Shown: positions 8,006-16,199, counted from the first letter of the stretch. The stretch: 20,000 bases of DNA from an uncultured virus (IMG/VR IMGVR_UViG_3300017747_000864) (IMGVR_UViG_3300017747_000864), one strand, 5' to 3'. The notes: a model not told the origin generated them from the letters alone. Numbers and translations are program-made.

Positions 8006-10888
8006 CTAAACGATTTCTGTCTCGTCAAAGTCTTGAGCGCTATCAATATCCGACCATGCCGGGTTTTGATTGGTAGCGACTCCTTGCCAGTTTACCGCTT
8101 GCGCGGTCTCGATTGTAGGCCAGCTTCCAGCCTGCTCATTAACAACAGACTGCCAGCCCGCAGACTGGCTATCATTGACTTCAGACCAAGCAGTAGTTTG
8201 GGCGGCGTTAACATTTTGCCAGCTTACAGCCTGAGTGACATCAACCGCAACCCAGTCGGCGGTCTGCGACGTACCAGCATTCTGCCACTGCGCGTCCTGA
8301 TTGTCACTAACAGTCTCCCAAGTAACCGGCTGACTGTTGTCAGGGGCCTGCCAGTTTGCGTCTTGAGAATCGTCTATCGTGTCCCATTGACGGGTGATGA
8401 TAGAACTAATTAAGTCAGCAGCAAGTCCTACGTCGGCAATAAGTACTGCGTACTCGGGGTCAGATGCGACTGAATCAGTCGCAGAAGATGCGTCTTCTAT
8501 AGAGCGGAAATAAGAACGCCCGCCAAGAATAAAGTCCGCGACAGTAAGATCTTCGTGGACATCCGATTCGTAATACTGCACCCCAACCGTGGAATCGGAG
8601 ATTGCAACGCCTTCGATGATGGAAACGAAGAACGTAGCAGCGGTATCAACTTCTACCGTCGCGTCCAGAAACTCATCTGTAGACCGGGGATACGCAGGGA
8701 CGCCGATAACTTCATCTGCTATAGACGCAGACTCTTCGATAGAACGAGAGAACACCACCCCGTTCCATGGACCCTGACCCCAAGTCCCAGAACCCCAGCC
8801 GCCTTCTGTGTAAATGACCGCGAGCGATACGGCATCGGTAGCCGTGGAGGGCTCGCTTATTAGAGGGTTTTGAGTCGGGGTCTCGGCGCTTACTGCATCG
8901 GTAGCCGTTGCGGAATCTGGCGCTACGTTGAAAGAAAGCGGCAAATCCGCGCTGATAGCATCGGTGGCCGTCGCAGGTTCTTCAATAATCCCGTTAACCA
9001 GCGCCAGCCGGGGCGTTACTGCATCCGTCGCGGTTGCAATCTCCTCGACATTGCGCGAGAAAACGATACCGTTCCACGGGCCTTGACCCCAAGTTCCTGA
9101 GCCCCAGCCACCTTCGGTCAGTGTGATCGTGGCAGACGTTTCATCCGTGACTTGAACCGGCTCATCAACCAGCCCATTAACCACCGGAAGAGCCGGAGTA
9201 ACGCTATCGGTTGCTGTGGCGAAATCTTGGGCTACATTGAAAGACTGCGCGAGATTAGAAGATACTGAATCAGCCGCCTGAGCAGCTTCATTGAGCAGTC
9301 CATTTACTTGTGCAAGTCTAGGAGTTACCGCATCAGATGCGACCGCGCTATCCGCAGTGCTCCTACTAAAGACGATCCCGTTCCACGGCCCTTGGCCCCA
9401 AGTGCCTGATCCCCAGCCACCTTCGGTGTAGGTAACCGTGGAAGATGTTGAGTCAGTTCCGGTCGAAGTATCGGCAACAAGAGTTTCAGCATCGTTTGCA
9501 CGGGCTGCGAATATAACGTCAGCGCCAGAGGCGGTTTCTTCAACCCGACCGTTGACTGTTGGGACGGTCGCAGATACCGAATCAGAAGCAGAGGCTGACT
9601 CTATAACCAGACCGTTAACCAAAGACAGGGCGGACGAAATAGCGTCTGACCCAAGAGCGGAATCCGCAACACTTCTGCTAAATACGATTCCGTTCCACGG
9701 GCCTTGACCCCATGCCCCAGAGCCCCATCCGCCCTCGGTGTAGGCAACAGAAGAGGCAATGGAGTCAGCACCGGAGGAGGTTTCTGCGACGGAGTGGTTG
9801 AACCTACCAATCGCAGAATTAGAATCCGCGACAGATGCAGAGTCCTGTGTAACACCGTTAACTGTCGTAAGTTTGGGCGTTACCGAGTCGCCAATAGACG
9901 CCGCTTCAATAACAGAGCCATTGACCGTGGCAACGGCGGCTGAAAACAAATCAGAGCCAGCAGCAGACTCGGATATGTTCCGGGCAAATACAACCCCGTT
10001 CCAAGGCCCTTGGCCCCAAGTGCCTGATCCCCAGCCGCCTTCAGTAAGGATACGAACTGAGGAAACAGAATCCGCAACCGCCGCTAATTCTGAAACACTT
10101 GACCGGGGCGCAAACCTAGCCGCTATAGAGTCGGCAATAGACGCCGATTCAATAACCAAACCATTGACGGTTGTTAGCCTCGGGGTTACAGAGTCAGTGC
10201 CAGTTGCAGTCTCGTTTATTTGCCCATTAACAGCGGGGACCGAGACAGATACTTGATCTGAAGCGGTAGCGGCCTCTACGATTGACCGGCTAAATACCGT
10301 GCCACTCCACGGACCCTGACCCCACGTTCCCGTACCCCATCCGCCTTCGGTAAGGATACGAACTGAGGAAACGGAGTCAGCGCCGGTAGATGTTTCTAAG
10401 GCAGAGGACTGTAGTTGCGCCCGAGCGGCTATTGACTCTGCAACAGTGGCAGTTTCTTGCTCAGCAGAGTAAAAAGTAGGTCTGGCAGATACCAGATCGG
10501 ATATTGTTCCTACTTCTGTTTCTGATCTGAAAAACTGCGAGCGTGCGCTTATCTGATCTGAGGCCGTTGCAGCCTCGACTTCACTGGCAAAAAATCTCGC
10601 CTGCGCGCTAGTAGAATCCGCGCCAGTAGCAGTCTCGGATTCAGTGCGAAAATAGTTTCGCACGCCAAGATTACTGTCGGCTATGGATGCCGACTCGGCA
10701 ACTACGGGGTTTAACCGCCGTATAGCGGCTACAGTTTCAGTGCCTGTAGCCGCTTCTGTGACTAGACCTGCAAGAGATGATCCCGTTATGGAATCAGAGC
10801 CAGTGGCGGACTCCGTTACTGAGGATGAATACCCAGAGTAACCCCAGTTAGATTGGCCCCAAGTGCCGGAACCCCAGCCACTGGACAC
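8006..10888 (-). CDS. Large acidic Ser/Thr/Ala-rich repetitive virion protein (960 aa)
   Basis: GTG start; seven GWGxGxWGQxxW motifs, many ~20-aa ExAxxxD repeats, and C-terminal 11-aa W..Q repeats. Confidence 0.8.
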   Translation of the reverse strand: MSSGWGSGTWGQSNWGYSGYSSSVTESATGSDSITGSSLAGLVTEAATGTETVAAIRRLNPVVAESASIADSNLGVRNYFRTESETATGADSTSAQARFFASEVEAATASDQISARSQFFRSETEVGTISDLVSARPTFYSAEQETATVAESIAARAQLQSSALETSTGADSVSSVRILTEGGWGTGTWGQGPWSGTVFSRSIVEAATASDQVSVSVPAVNGQINETATGTDSVTPRLTTVNGLVIESASIADSIAARFAPRSSVSELAAVADSVSSVRILTEGGWGSGTWGQGPWNGVVFARNISESAAGSDLFSAAVATVNGSVIEAASIGDSVTPKLTTVNGVTQDSASVADSNSAIGRFNHSVAETSSGADSIASSVAYTEGGWGSGAWGQGPWNGIVFSRSVADSALGSDAISSALSLVNGLVIESASASDSVSATVPTVNGRVEETASGADVIFAARANDAETLVADTSTGTDSTSSTVTYTEGGWGSGTWGQGPWNGIVFSRSTADSAVASDAVTPRLAQVNGLLNEAAQAADSVSSNLAQSFNVAQDFATATDSVTPALPVVNGLVDEPVQVTDETSATITLTEGGWGSGTWGQGPWNGIVFSRNVEEIATATDAVTPRLALVNGIIEEPATATDAISADLPLSFNVAPDSATATDAVSAETPTQNPLISEPSTATDAVSLAVIYTEGGWGSGTWGQGPWNGVVFSRSIEESASIADEVIGVPAYPRSTDEFLDATVEVDTAATFFVSIIEGVAISDSTVGVQYYESDVHEDLTVADFILGGRSYFRSIEDASSATDSVASDPEYAVLIADVGLAADLISSIITRQWDTIDDSQDANWQAPDNSQPVTWETVSDNQDAQWQNAGTSQTADWVAVDVTQAVSWQNVNAAQTTAWSEVNDSQSAGWQSVVNEQAGSWPTIETAQAVNWQGVATNQNPAWSDIDSAQDFDETEIV
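8024..8386 (-). repeat. 11 tandem copies of an 11-aa (33-nt) Wxxxxxx-Q-xxx repeat
   Basis: WDTIDDSQDAN / WQAPDNSQPVT / WETVSDNQDAQ ... WSDIDSAQDFD read directly from the translation. Confidence 0.9.
8761..10372 (-). repeat. Six degenerate repeat units at 306-312-nt spacing, anchored on EGGWGxGxWGQGPW
   Basis: Equivalent anchors at 8761, 9070, 9379, 9691, 9997 and 10303. Exact 32-bp match 9387-9418 = 10005-10036; exact 23-bp match 10044-10066 = 10350-10372. Confidence 0.9.
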
Positions 10889-10898
10889 TTATCCATCC

Positions 10899-11477
10899 TT
10901 AGGCGGACAGGCTAAACTGATAAGTGACGTTCAGAATATCCCCGCTAACAACCGCTCGGTCGCCGGGGGCTTGAAAGTCAGCGGCAGAGAACAGCGTACC
11001 AGTCGTACCAGCCTTAGTGTTGTTGCTAATCAAAAACGCACCGCCAATCGTGGTGGTGGCGTTCATGGTAAACACCGCCTTGTTAGAGGTGTTGGTAACA
11101 ACGGAAGGATTGGCATTAGTTGCAGCGGCAAAGTTTGCCACCGGGCGCGTAGCTTCCGAGTAGCTGGTGTTTTCAGTCCAGCCACCATGAGAAGATGCAG
11201 TATCCAGTGCGTTTGGAGTGTTCGAAGCGCCAGCGCCGTACAGACCAACATACCAAGTGGTGATCTGAGTGGTAGCAACAAGCGCCGTTCCAGCCATGTA
11301 CTGAAGACCGACGTTCACAACAAGATTGGGCGTCTCAGCGGTCCACTTGTGATTGCCGTCTTTATCGAAACACTCAACGATGTACTTGCCCATCGCTTTG
11401 GCAGAGTCGCTCGGCATGCTATTAGCAATCAAACCGCCGCCGGTTACATCCGAAGTCTTTGCTCGATTCGTCGTCAC
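10899..11477 (-). CDS. Putative virion structural protein (192 aa)
   Basis: GTG start with AGGAG SD; NLVVNVG, GAFL, GTLFSA and GDILNVTYQ motifs typical of phage tail/baseplate-region beta proteins. Confidence 0.65.
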   Translation of the reverse strand: MTTNRAKTSDVTGGGLIANSMPSDSAKAMGKYIVECFDKDGNHKWTAETPNLVVNVGLQYMAGTALVATTQITTWYVGLYGAGASNTPNALDTASSHGGWTENTSYSEATRPVANFAAATNANPSVVTNTSNKAVFTMNATTTIGGAFLISNNTKAGTTGTLFSAADFQAPGDRAVVSGDILNVTYQFSLSA

Positions 11478-11486
11478 TTCAGGCTC

Positions 11487-11918
11487 CTATGCAATCCTGA
11501 TGATTGCGCTTGTACTAGAGGCAGCGGGGAACTGTACCTCAAATGAGGTAGTGCATGTCTTGTCGCTACCAAAATCCAGAACACACACTGTGGGGTTCCC
11601 CCCACCTGACTTGTAGATCAACGCGCCACGGCACGTAAACGCCGCTGGGTTCCACGTTGCATTTGCGAAAGACAAATACGCTACCGTATTAGAAGAATCC
11701 GCCCCAGTCGTCGGAGTGACAGACACTGTAAGCGTAACGCCACCGGCAGTATACCCGGTGCCAGTGAGTTCACCAGTCGTTGTATATGCAGTGGTTGTCG
11801 GGCCAAGGTCAGCGGTGCTGCTATACAGCGCGATCTTAAAAGTATCCGACGAAAAATTAAACGAGCCTGATGCAAGACCCGTTTTAAACGTATTAGTCGC
11901 GCCTTGAACAAGTGCCAT
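11487..11918 (-). CDS. Putative virion structural protein (143 aa)
   Basis: DTFKIALY...GYTAGG...RGALIY...VLDFGSDK...AIIRIA is a recognisable conserved phage family. Confidence 0.7.
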   Translation of the reverse strand: MALVQGATNTFKTGLASGSFNFSSDTFKIALYSSTADLGPTTTAYTTTGELTGTGYTAGGVTLTVSVTPTTGADSSNTVAYLSFANATWNPAAFTCRGALIYKSGGGNPTVCVLDFGSDKTCTTSFEVQFPAASSTSAIIRIA

Positions 11919-11919
11919 C

Positions 11920-12615
11920 TTAAGTCACCGGCTGACGGTATTGCCCAGAACGGTACGCATCCTGACGCTCCATTCCATCTCCAAGGCGCTTGGCAAGAGC
12001 AAGGGCTTCTTTGTACTTGCCATCATACAAGCCAACCATATCGGCCTCACCCTTCATGAAGGTATACGCCTCAACCAGCGCTCCGTACAACAGCACCGAA
12101 TCAAAGTTATCCCCCAGCCAAGTGGTGTTTGCGACCGTAATCGACTCAGGATAGTAGTAATAGTGAAGCTCGATGCCGTAAGCGATATCCGGGGTCGGCC
12201 CAAGCAAAAACGACAATTCGTTGGTGATCGTAACTCCGGTCACCGTCGGGCCAAACAAGGAGTAATACTTAGGAGCGCCTGTATCTGTTGGGGATGGATA
12301 CGACTGCCGGATGAAGTTCACATCCTTATTGAGCAGGTACTCATACGCCCCAGCCCCATCAATAACCGCCATGGAATACACGGCAAGAAAATCGGTTGGG
12401 CAGGACAGGTACTTATTGCCGACAGAGGTTGTGCCGGTCACGTTCTTACGCAGGGACGGGAACTGAACAGTGTTGTAAATCCGCTGTTCTGCCTGCTGAA
12501 CGAAGCGAGCGATCTGAGAGGCCGACGAAACCGTAGACCCATCAGCAAGTGTCGTCACCGGGAACTGATTCTCGGTATACGACTGAATCGCAGCAGAAAG
12601 CTCGCTGTAGTTCAC
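11920..12615 (-). CDS. Putative head-tail adaptor / tail tubular A-like protein (231 aa)
   Basis: GTG start overlapping the upstream stop; MNYSEL...AEQRI...PKYY...GPTPD...LLYGALVEAY pattern of adaptor proteins. Confidence 0.65.
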   Translation of the reverse strand: MNYSELSAAIQSYTENQFPVTTLADGSTVSSASQIARFVQQAEQRIYNTVQFPSLRKNVTGTTSVGNKYLSCPTDFLAVYSMAVIDGAGAYEYLLNKDVNFIRQSYPSPTDTGAPKYYSLFGPTVTGVTITNELSFLLGPTPDIAYGIELHYYYYPESITVANTTWLGDNFDSVLLYGALVEAYTFMKGEADMVGLYDGKYKEALALAKRLGDGMERQDAYRSGQYRQPVT

Positions 12616-12878
12616 GCCATCGGTCCCCGAGCAGTCACGCCCTTGGTAGCGGCACCGTTACCCCGAGTCTTGATACCCGAAGTCTTAGGCGCTGCGTAAT
12701 CGTTGCGGTCGATATTACCAACGCTCATGTTCACATCGTTGGCGCGGTAACGCTTGCCGCCATTGTAGCCAGAGTTGCTGATGTCAACACCAGCAGTGCC
12801 CTGCATATCGTGCGGAGGCGCATAAACCGGCGCGGGGCCGATCTCCTTGCCCTTGACCTTCATGCTGAACTTAGCCAT
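12612..12878 (-). CDS. Small basic hypothetical protein (88 aa)
   Basis: TAATG coupling with the upstream gene; C-terminal KTSGIKTRGNGAATKG motif. Confidence 0.75.
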   Translation of the reverse strand: MAKFSMKVKGKEIGPAPVYAPPHDMQGTAGVDISNSGYNGGKRYRANDVNMSVGNIDRNDYAAPKTSGIKTRGNGAATKGVTARGPMA

Positions 12879-13030
12879 TACTTGCTCCGCTGGTTCATTG
12901 CACGGGCCATGTTGCGACCGTACTTCTTCATATCGAGAGAAGTAACGCCGCCTTTCTTCATGCCTTTGGCGTGCATGCGCTTTTCGTGAGCCTTAACCTC
13001 GGTCTTGGCGATTTTTTTCATGGAATCCAT
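12878..13030 (-). CDS. Small basic Lys/Met-rich protein (50 aa), absent from the ORF track
   Basis: AGGAG SD 5 nt before ATG; MDSMKKIAKTEVKAHEKRMHAKGMKKGGVTSLDMKKYGRNMARAMNQRSK*; fills the gap between neighbours exactly, with TAATG overlap. Confidence 0.85.
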   Translation of the reverse strand: MDSMKKIAKTEVKAHEKRMHAKGMKKGGVTSLDMKKYGRNMARAMNQRSK

Positions 13031-13038
13031 GTCTGCTC

Positions 13039-13416
13039 CTACGCAGTCACTACAGTGACGGTACCAACTTGTACAGAGAGTACCAAGTTATTTGGGGTCA
13101 ATCCAGCGTCATTTGCTCTAGACCCGCCTACGGGGTTCCACCCCCACTGAAAGACCCGACTACCTTCTGCATTAACTCCAGACTGGTAGTAGCTGGTATC
13201 CGGGCGTGGCTCACGCACGGCCTGCGGGTCGTACACGGGGTACATACCCAATTGCAACTGAGGGTGGTCTGGTTCCCAGCACTCATGGCAAACCTTGATA
13301 TTGACCTGTTTGGTCTTGATCGTGAGTTTGCGGAGTTCCTTAAGTTTATATCGTTGCCCGCAGCGATCACACTCAGCAATCGCGTTCTTAGCGGAAGCGT
13401 ATTTAGGTCCAGCCAT
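13039..13416 (-). CDS. Zinc-ribbon (CxxC...CxxC) hypothetical protein (125 aa)
   Basis: CDRC and CHEC motifs followed by HPQL and DPQAVREPRPD. Confidence 0.75.
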   Translation of the reverse strand: MAGPKYASAKNAIAECDRCGQRYKLKELRKLTIKTKQVNIKVCHECWEPDHPQLQLGMYPVYDPQAVREPRPDTSYYQSGVNAEGSRVFQWGWNPVGGSRANDAGLTPNNLVLSVQVGTVTVVTA

Positions 13417-13418
13417 AA

Positions 13419-14348
13419 TCAGGCATAGTACATAGAACGTGGCACAAAACGCAGACTGGCCTTATCCCGATCTTCATCCGAGGCCAACTGCCACTGCATG
13501 TCGTATTCAGCTTTAAGAACGGCAAGCCTATTGGGGTCCATGTTTGGCAGCTTCATAGCCATCTTGTATGCAAGCCCAGCGACCATGCATTCGATGAACC
13601 GGAATGGAATATCCTGAGTTTTGGTACCTGTACCAGCGTCCTGCACTCGGCGCATACGCCAATACACAAACATATAGTAAGGGTTGCCAACCGCGCCTTG
13701 ATTTGGGATAGGCCAGATATTGATGTTTGGCAAGTTCTGAAGTGTAACGCTAGCGCCAGCGGTATGAGAAGCCGCAGTAGTGCTGTTCTGTCCACGGCCA
13801 CAGTAGAGCAGGTTATTCCCGCTAATGGCCGAGTACCCAATCGTTTCATTGTCCAGCTTAATAAACCCTGCGGACGGCAAAGTCGAAGCGCCGGTAATGG
13901 CAATCGTAGTATCTGTAGAACCAATCGTGGCAGTCAGCGTAGCGGTGGTAGGGTTAGACTCGCCCGACTGCCGGTTGATCCAGACCTGAATAGGACGACC
14001 CGTAGCATTCTTGTTAGGGATCGTAGAGTACGTGGACTCCGAGATCCGATTGATATTGATGTCAGTTTGGTTTGTACCAGTTCCCGTCCTGACAACCTTA
14101 TCCAGAAGATCAATCGTATCCACCGGAAGCGAGTAAATAGATTGATTTTGATACAGGGGAATCTGCCCCTGCTCAATTGTCCACAGGTTGATACCGCGAT
14201 TTGCCCACTCAATAGACAGCAGGTTAAGGCTACGTCGAGCCGTGCGGAAGTCATAACCCGTGCGAAGTTCTTGGCCGCACCTCTCAAACGCCTCTTCGAT
14301 AAGGTCGTTCATGTCCAGATTAAACGTCGAAGTGCCTGTCGTAGCCAT
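13419..14348 (-). CDS. Putative adaptor/head-completion-like structural protein with inserted module (309 aa)
   Basis: LIEEAFERCG, ARRSLNLL, EWANRGINLW, GRPIQ, WPIP and IPFRF...GLAY motifs typical of adaptor-like proteins in this phage group; TAATG coupling. Confidence 0.65.
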   Translation of the reverse strand: MATTGTSTFNLDMNDLIEEAFERCGQELRTGYDFRTARRSLNLLSIEWANRGINLWTIEQGQIPLYQNQSIYSLPVDTIDLLDKVVRTGTGTNQTDININRISESTYSTIPNKNATGRPIQVWINRQSGESNPTTATLTATIGSTDTTIAITGASTLPSAGFIKLDNETIGYSAISGNNLLYCGRGQNSTTAASHTAGASVTLQNLPNINIWPIPNQGAVGNPYYMFVYWRMRRVQDAGTGTKTQDIPFRFIECMVAGLAYKMAMKLPNMDPNRLAVLKAEYDMQWQLASDEDRDKASLRFVPRSMYYA

Positions 14349-14581
14349 TATCTAAACCTTGCAGTCTTTTTGGCGATGGTCTTGGGCTGAGATACGAACT
14401 GCTTGCCTTTGGCCTTGCCAGCGCGTTTAGCGCGGGTGGTCGCAGCGTACTCGGCGGAGGACAGGGACTTGATCGCGTTTGCGGGAAGGTATCGCTCGCC
14501 AGTCTCGCTTGAGGGCTTGCCTGACTTCGTGCGCCATTTCTGAGCAGTCCAGTCTTTTAGTGACTGCTGGGGGGCTTTCAT
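14348..14581 (-). CDS. Small basic protein, DUF5872-like C-terminal half (77 aa)
   Basis: QSLKDWTAQKW, ERYLP and GKQFV motifs (family recalled). Confidence 0.7.
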   Translation of the reverse strand: MKAPQQSLKDWTAQKWRTKSGKPSSETGERYLPANAIKSLSSAEYAATTRAKRAGKAKGKQFVSQPKTIAKKTARFR

Positions 14582-15003
14582 TTGTACCCCCCGCTATTCT
14601 CTTTCAAATACGCAACAGCGGCTTCAAGAATTTCAACTTTATCCCGCGCATGCCCGAGCATGGTGTTGCACGGATTGCATAAAAGCCCTCTGACTTTCCC
14701 GGAATAGTGGCAGTGGTCCACGTCCAGTTTTTTACCAAGCTCATCCTCACTGATGCCGCAAATCATACACCGACAATCTTCCGCTTGGCGCATGGCTTCC
14801 CACTGTTCATAGGTCAAGCCGTACCGCAGTTGTAGCTTCTCAGCCTTGCGGTTGCGGGGCGTTGTTGGACTCGTCCGTTTGTATTCCTGATGGCACGGCT
14901 TGCATCGTGCGCTCAAATAGCGCTTCTGTGTCCAGCGGTCAAAGAACCGATAAAAATCGGATTCGTCCTTGTCCTGCTCGCAGAGAAGGCACGCTTTTGT
15001 CAT
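14578..15003 (-). CDS. Endonuclease VII-family HNH nuclease, probable free-standing homing endonuclease (141 aa)
   Basis: YGLT...CMICG...LDVDHCHYSGKVRGLLCNPCN...AVAYL; additional N-terminal CxxC...CxxC; ATGA overlaps at both ends. Confidence 0.9.
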   Translation of the reverse strand: MTKACLLCEQDKDESDFYRFFDRWTQKRYLSARCKPCHQEYKRTSPTTPRNRKAEKLQLRYGLTYEQWEAMRQAEDCRCMICGISEDELGKKLDVDHCHYSGKVRGLLCNPCNTMLGHARDKVEILEAAVAYLKENSGGYK

Positions 15004-15284
15004 TTATAAGAGCCGCCCTTAGACTTGTACTGCTTAGCAAGCAACTGTGCCTTACGGGCTGACCATTGCCCTGCGGCGGTGCCCTGCGTAGCACGAGACT
15101 TGATAGACTCAAACAGCGACTTACGCATACCCGGCTTGGTGTAATTACCAGCCTGATTCACACGGGACTTAACCTCGCCGCCCTCGGCATACTGATCGAA
15201 ATCAGTACTGTCTCGCCTTGATTTGCGAGTTGCCTTGGGCATCTTGGAGGGGCTTATGGCCCCCATTCCGCGTGATGCCATCAT
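15000..15284 (-). CDS. Small basic protein containing DUF5872-like N-terminal half (94 aa)
   Basis: Start reassigned to ATG 15284, just after the upstream stop; YTKPGMRK...GQWSARKAQLLAKQYKSKGGSYK motif. Confidence 0.7.
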   Translation of the reverse strand: MMASRGMGAISPSKMPKATRKSRRDSTDFDQYAEGGEVKSRVNQAGNYTKPGMRKSLFESIKSRATQGTAAGQWSARKAQLLAKQYKSKGGSYK

Positions 15285-15286
15285 AG

Positions 15287-15535
15287 TTACACCATCCGAC
15301 CTTTGGTCTTGCCACGCTGAGCGCAACCATCCGCACGGGAAGAAGCGGAGCTAACCTTGCCACCAGCCTTGAACGGCAGGGCTTTCTTCAGGCGATCAGG
15401 CTTGGTTGCTTCTTTGTAGCCTTTCTCCGTAGCAGCATCCTGCTTGGCTTCGCGCACCATGCGCTCTTCAGCGGTCTCGGCTTTGGGAGCCGGGGGCGGA
15501 GGGGGAGGGGGCGGAGGGGTTTTAGCCTTGTCCAT
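15287..15535 (-). CDS. Small basic protein with poly-Pro tract (82 aa)
   Basis: Start reassigned to ATG 15535; ends FKAGGKVSSASSRADGCAQRGKTKGRMV. Confidence 0.75.
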   Translation of the reverse strand: MDKAKTPPPPPPPPPAPKAETAEERMVREAKQDAATEKGYKEATKPDRLKKALPFKAGGKVSSASSRADGCAQRGKTKGRMV

Positions 15536-15537
15536 GA

Positions 15538-15963
15538 TTAGCACTTACCGCCTTTTTTCATGGCGATCTGCTTGGCCTTAGTCTTACCCTTGGAAGCAAC
15601 ACCGTCGGCTGCGCGAACGAAACCACCAGAAGCCATCTTCTTCATACCGGCTTCCTTCTTCTCATGCTCGATCATGGACTTCGGAGCGCCCTTGGCCTTC
15701 ATGAAGCCAATCTCCTTCTTGACCATCGCTTTAGACTCTTTCATGGAACCACCTTCACTGAATAGTGCCGATTTACCATGGAGGGTTTTCGGCTTGTTGA
15801 GACGCTGGAGATCGGGACGGGAGCCGGTACCAAACTTACGGCCCTTGTCTGCCTTTACAAATTCTTCCCCAACTGACTGAGGAATGCCAGTCTTTTTTGC
15901 GGCTTTCGGGTCATTTGCGACCATAGCCATCAGATTATGCTGCCGCTGACTGGTACTAGGCAC
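15538..15963 (-). CDS. Basic protein with three [MF]xxGG motifs (141 aa)
   Basis: Likely GTG start at 15963 (MPSTSQRQHNLMAMVAND...), overlapping the upstream gene; possible internal start at ATG 15744. Confidence 0.75.
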   Translation of the reverse strand: MPSTSQRQHNLMAMVANDPKAAKKTGIPQSVGEEFVKADKGRKFGTGSRPDLQRLNKPKTLHGKSALFSEGGSMKESKAMVKKEIGFMKAKGAPKSMIEHEKKEAGMKKMASGGFVRAADGVASKGKTKAKQIAMKKGGKC

Positions 15964-16198
15964 GAGCACCGCCTTTTATGAAGGTATCAATCTTTGCTTC
16001 CAGCCGGTCAAGCCTATCAAGCACTCGATTGATGTCGTTATGGACTTCTACCTTGGTAACGTATTCCCGAGCAATCTCTTCTCGGGTCTTGTTGAGGAGA
16101 ATTTCAACCCTCTTGAGTTCCGTTGCTTTCTCTTTTAGAACCCAAGACAACAGCCCGATTAGCACCGTCAGTACGGTGTTCCAGATACTGAGGTCCAT
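15956..16198 (-). CDS. Small membrane-anchored coiled-coil protein (80 aa)
   Basis: Start reassigned to ATG 16198; N-terminal TM segment (IWNTVLTVLIGLLSWVL) then heptad-rich helix ending LDRLDRLEAKID. Confidence 0.75.
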   Translation of the reverse strand: MDLSIWNTVLTVLIGLLSWVLKEKATELKRVEILLNKTREEIAREYVTKVEVHNDINRVLDRLDRLEAKIDTFIKGGARA

Positions 16199-16199
16199 T

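Noticed and set aside
8761..10372. Regularly spaced repeats as a possible CRISPR array
   Set aside because: Spacing is about 309 nt, repeats vary at third codon positions and stay in frame, and no cas genes are present; these are protein repeats.
14578..15003. Group I intron or intein housing the HNH
   Set aside because: The ORF overlaps both neighbours by ATGA, leaving no non-coding room for a ribozyme core, and it lacks intein terminal motifs.
15285..15326. N-terminal extension of the 15000..15326 ORF
   Set aside because: Overlaps the conserved end of the upstream gene; ATG 15284 fits the operon packing.
15492..15519. G-run cluster with G-quadruplex potential on the plus strand
   Set aside because: Fully explained by the poly-Pro codons of the minus-strand gene; no independent evidence of function.
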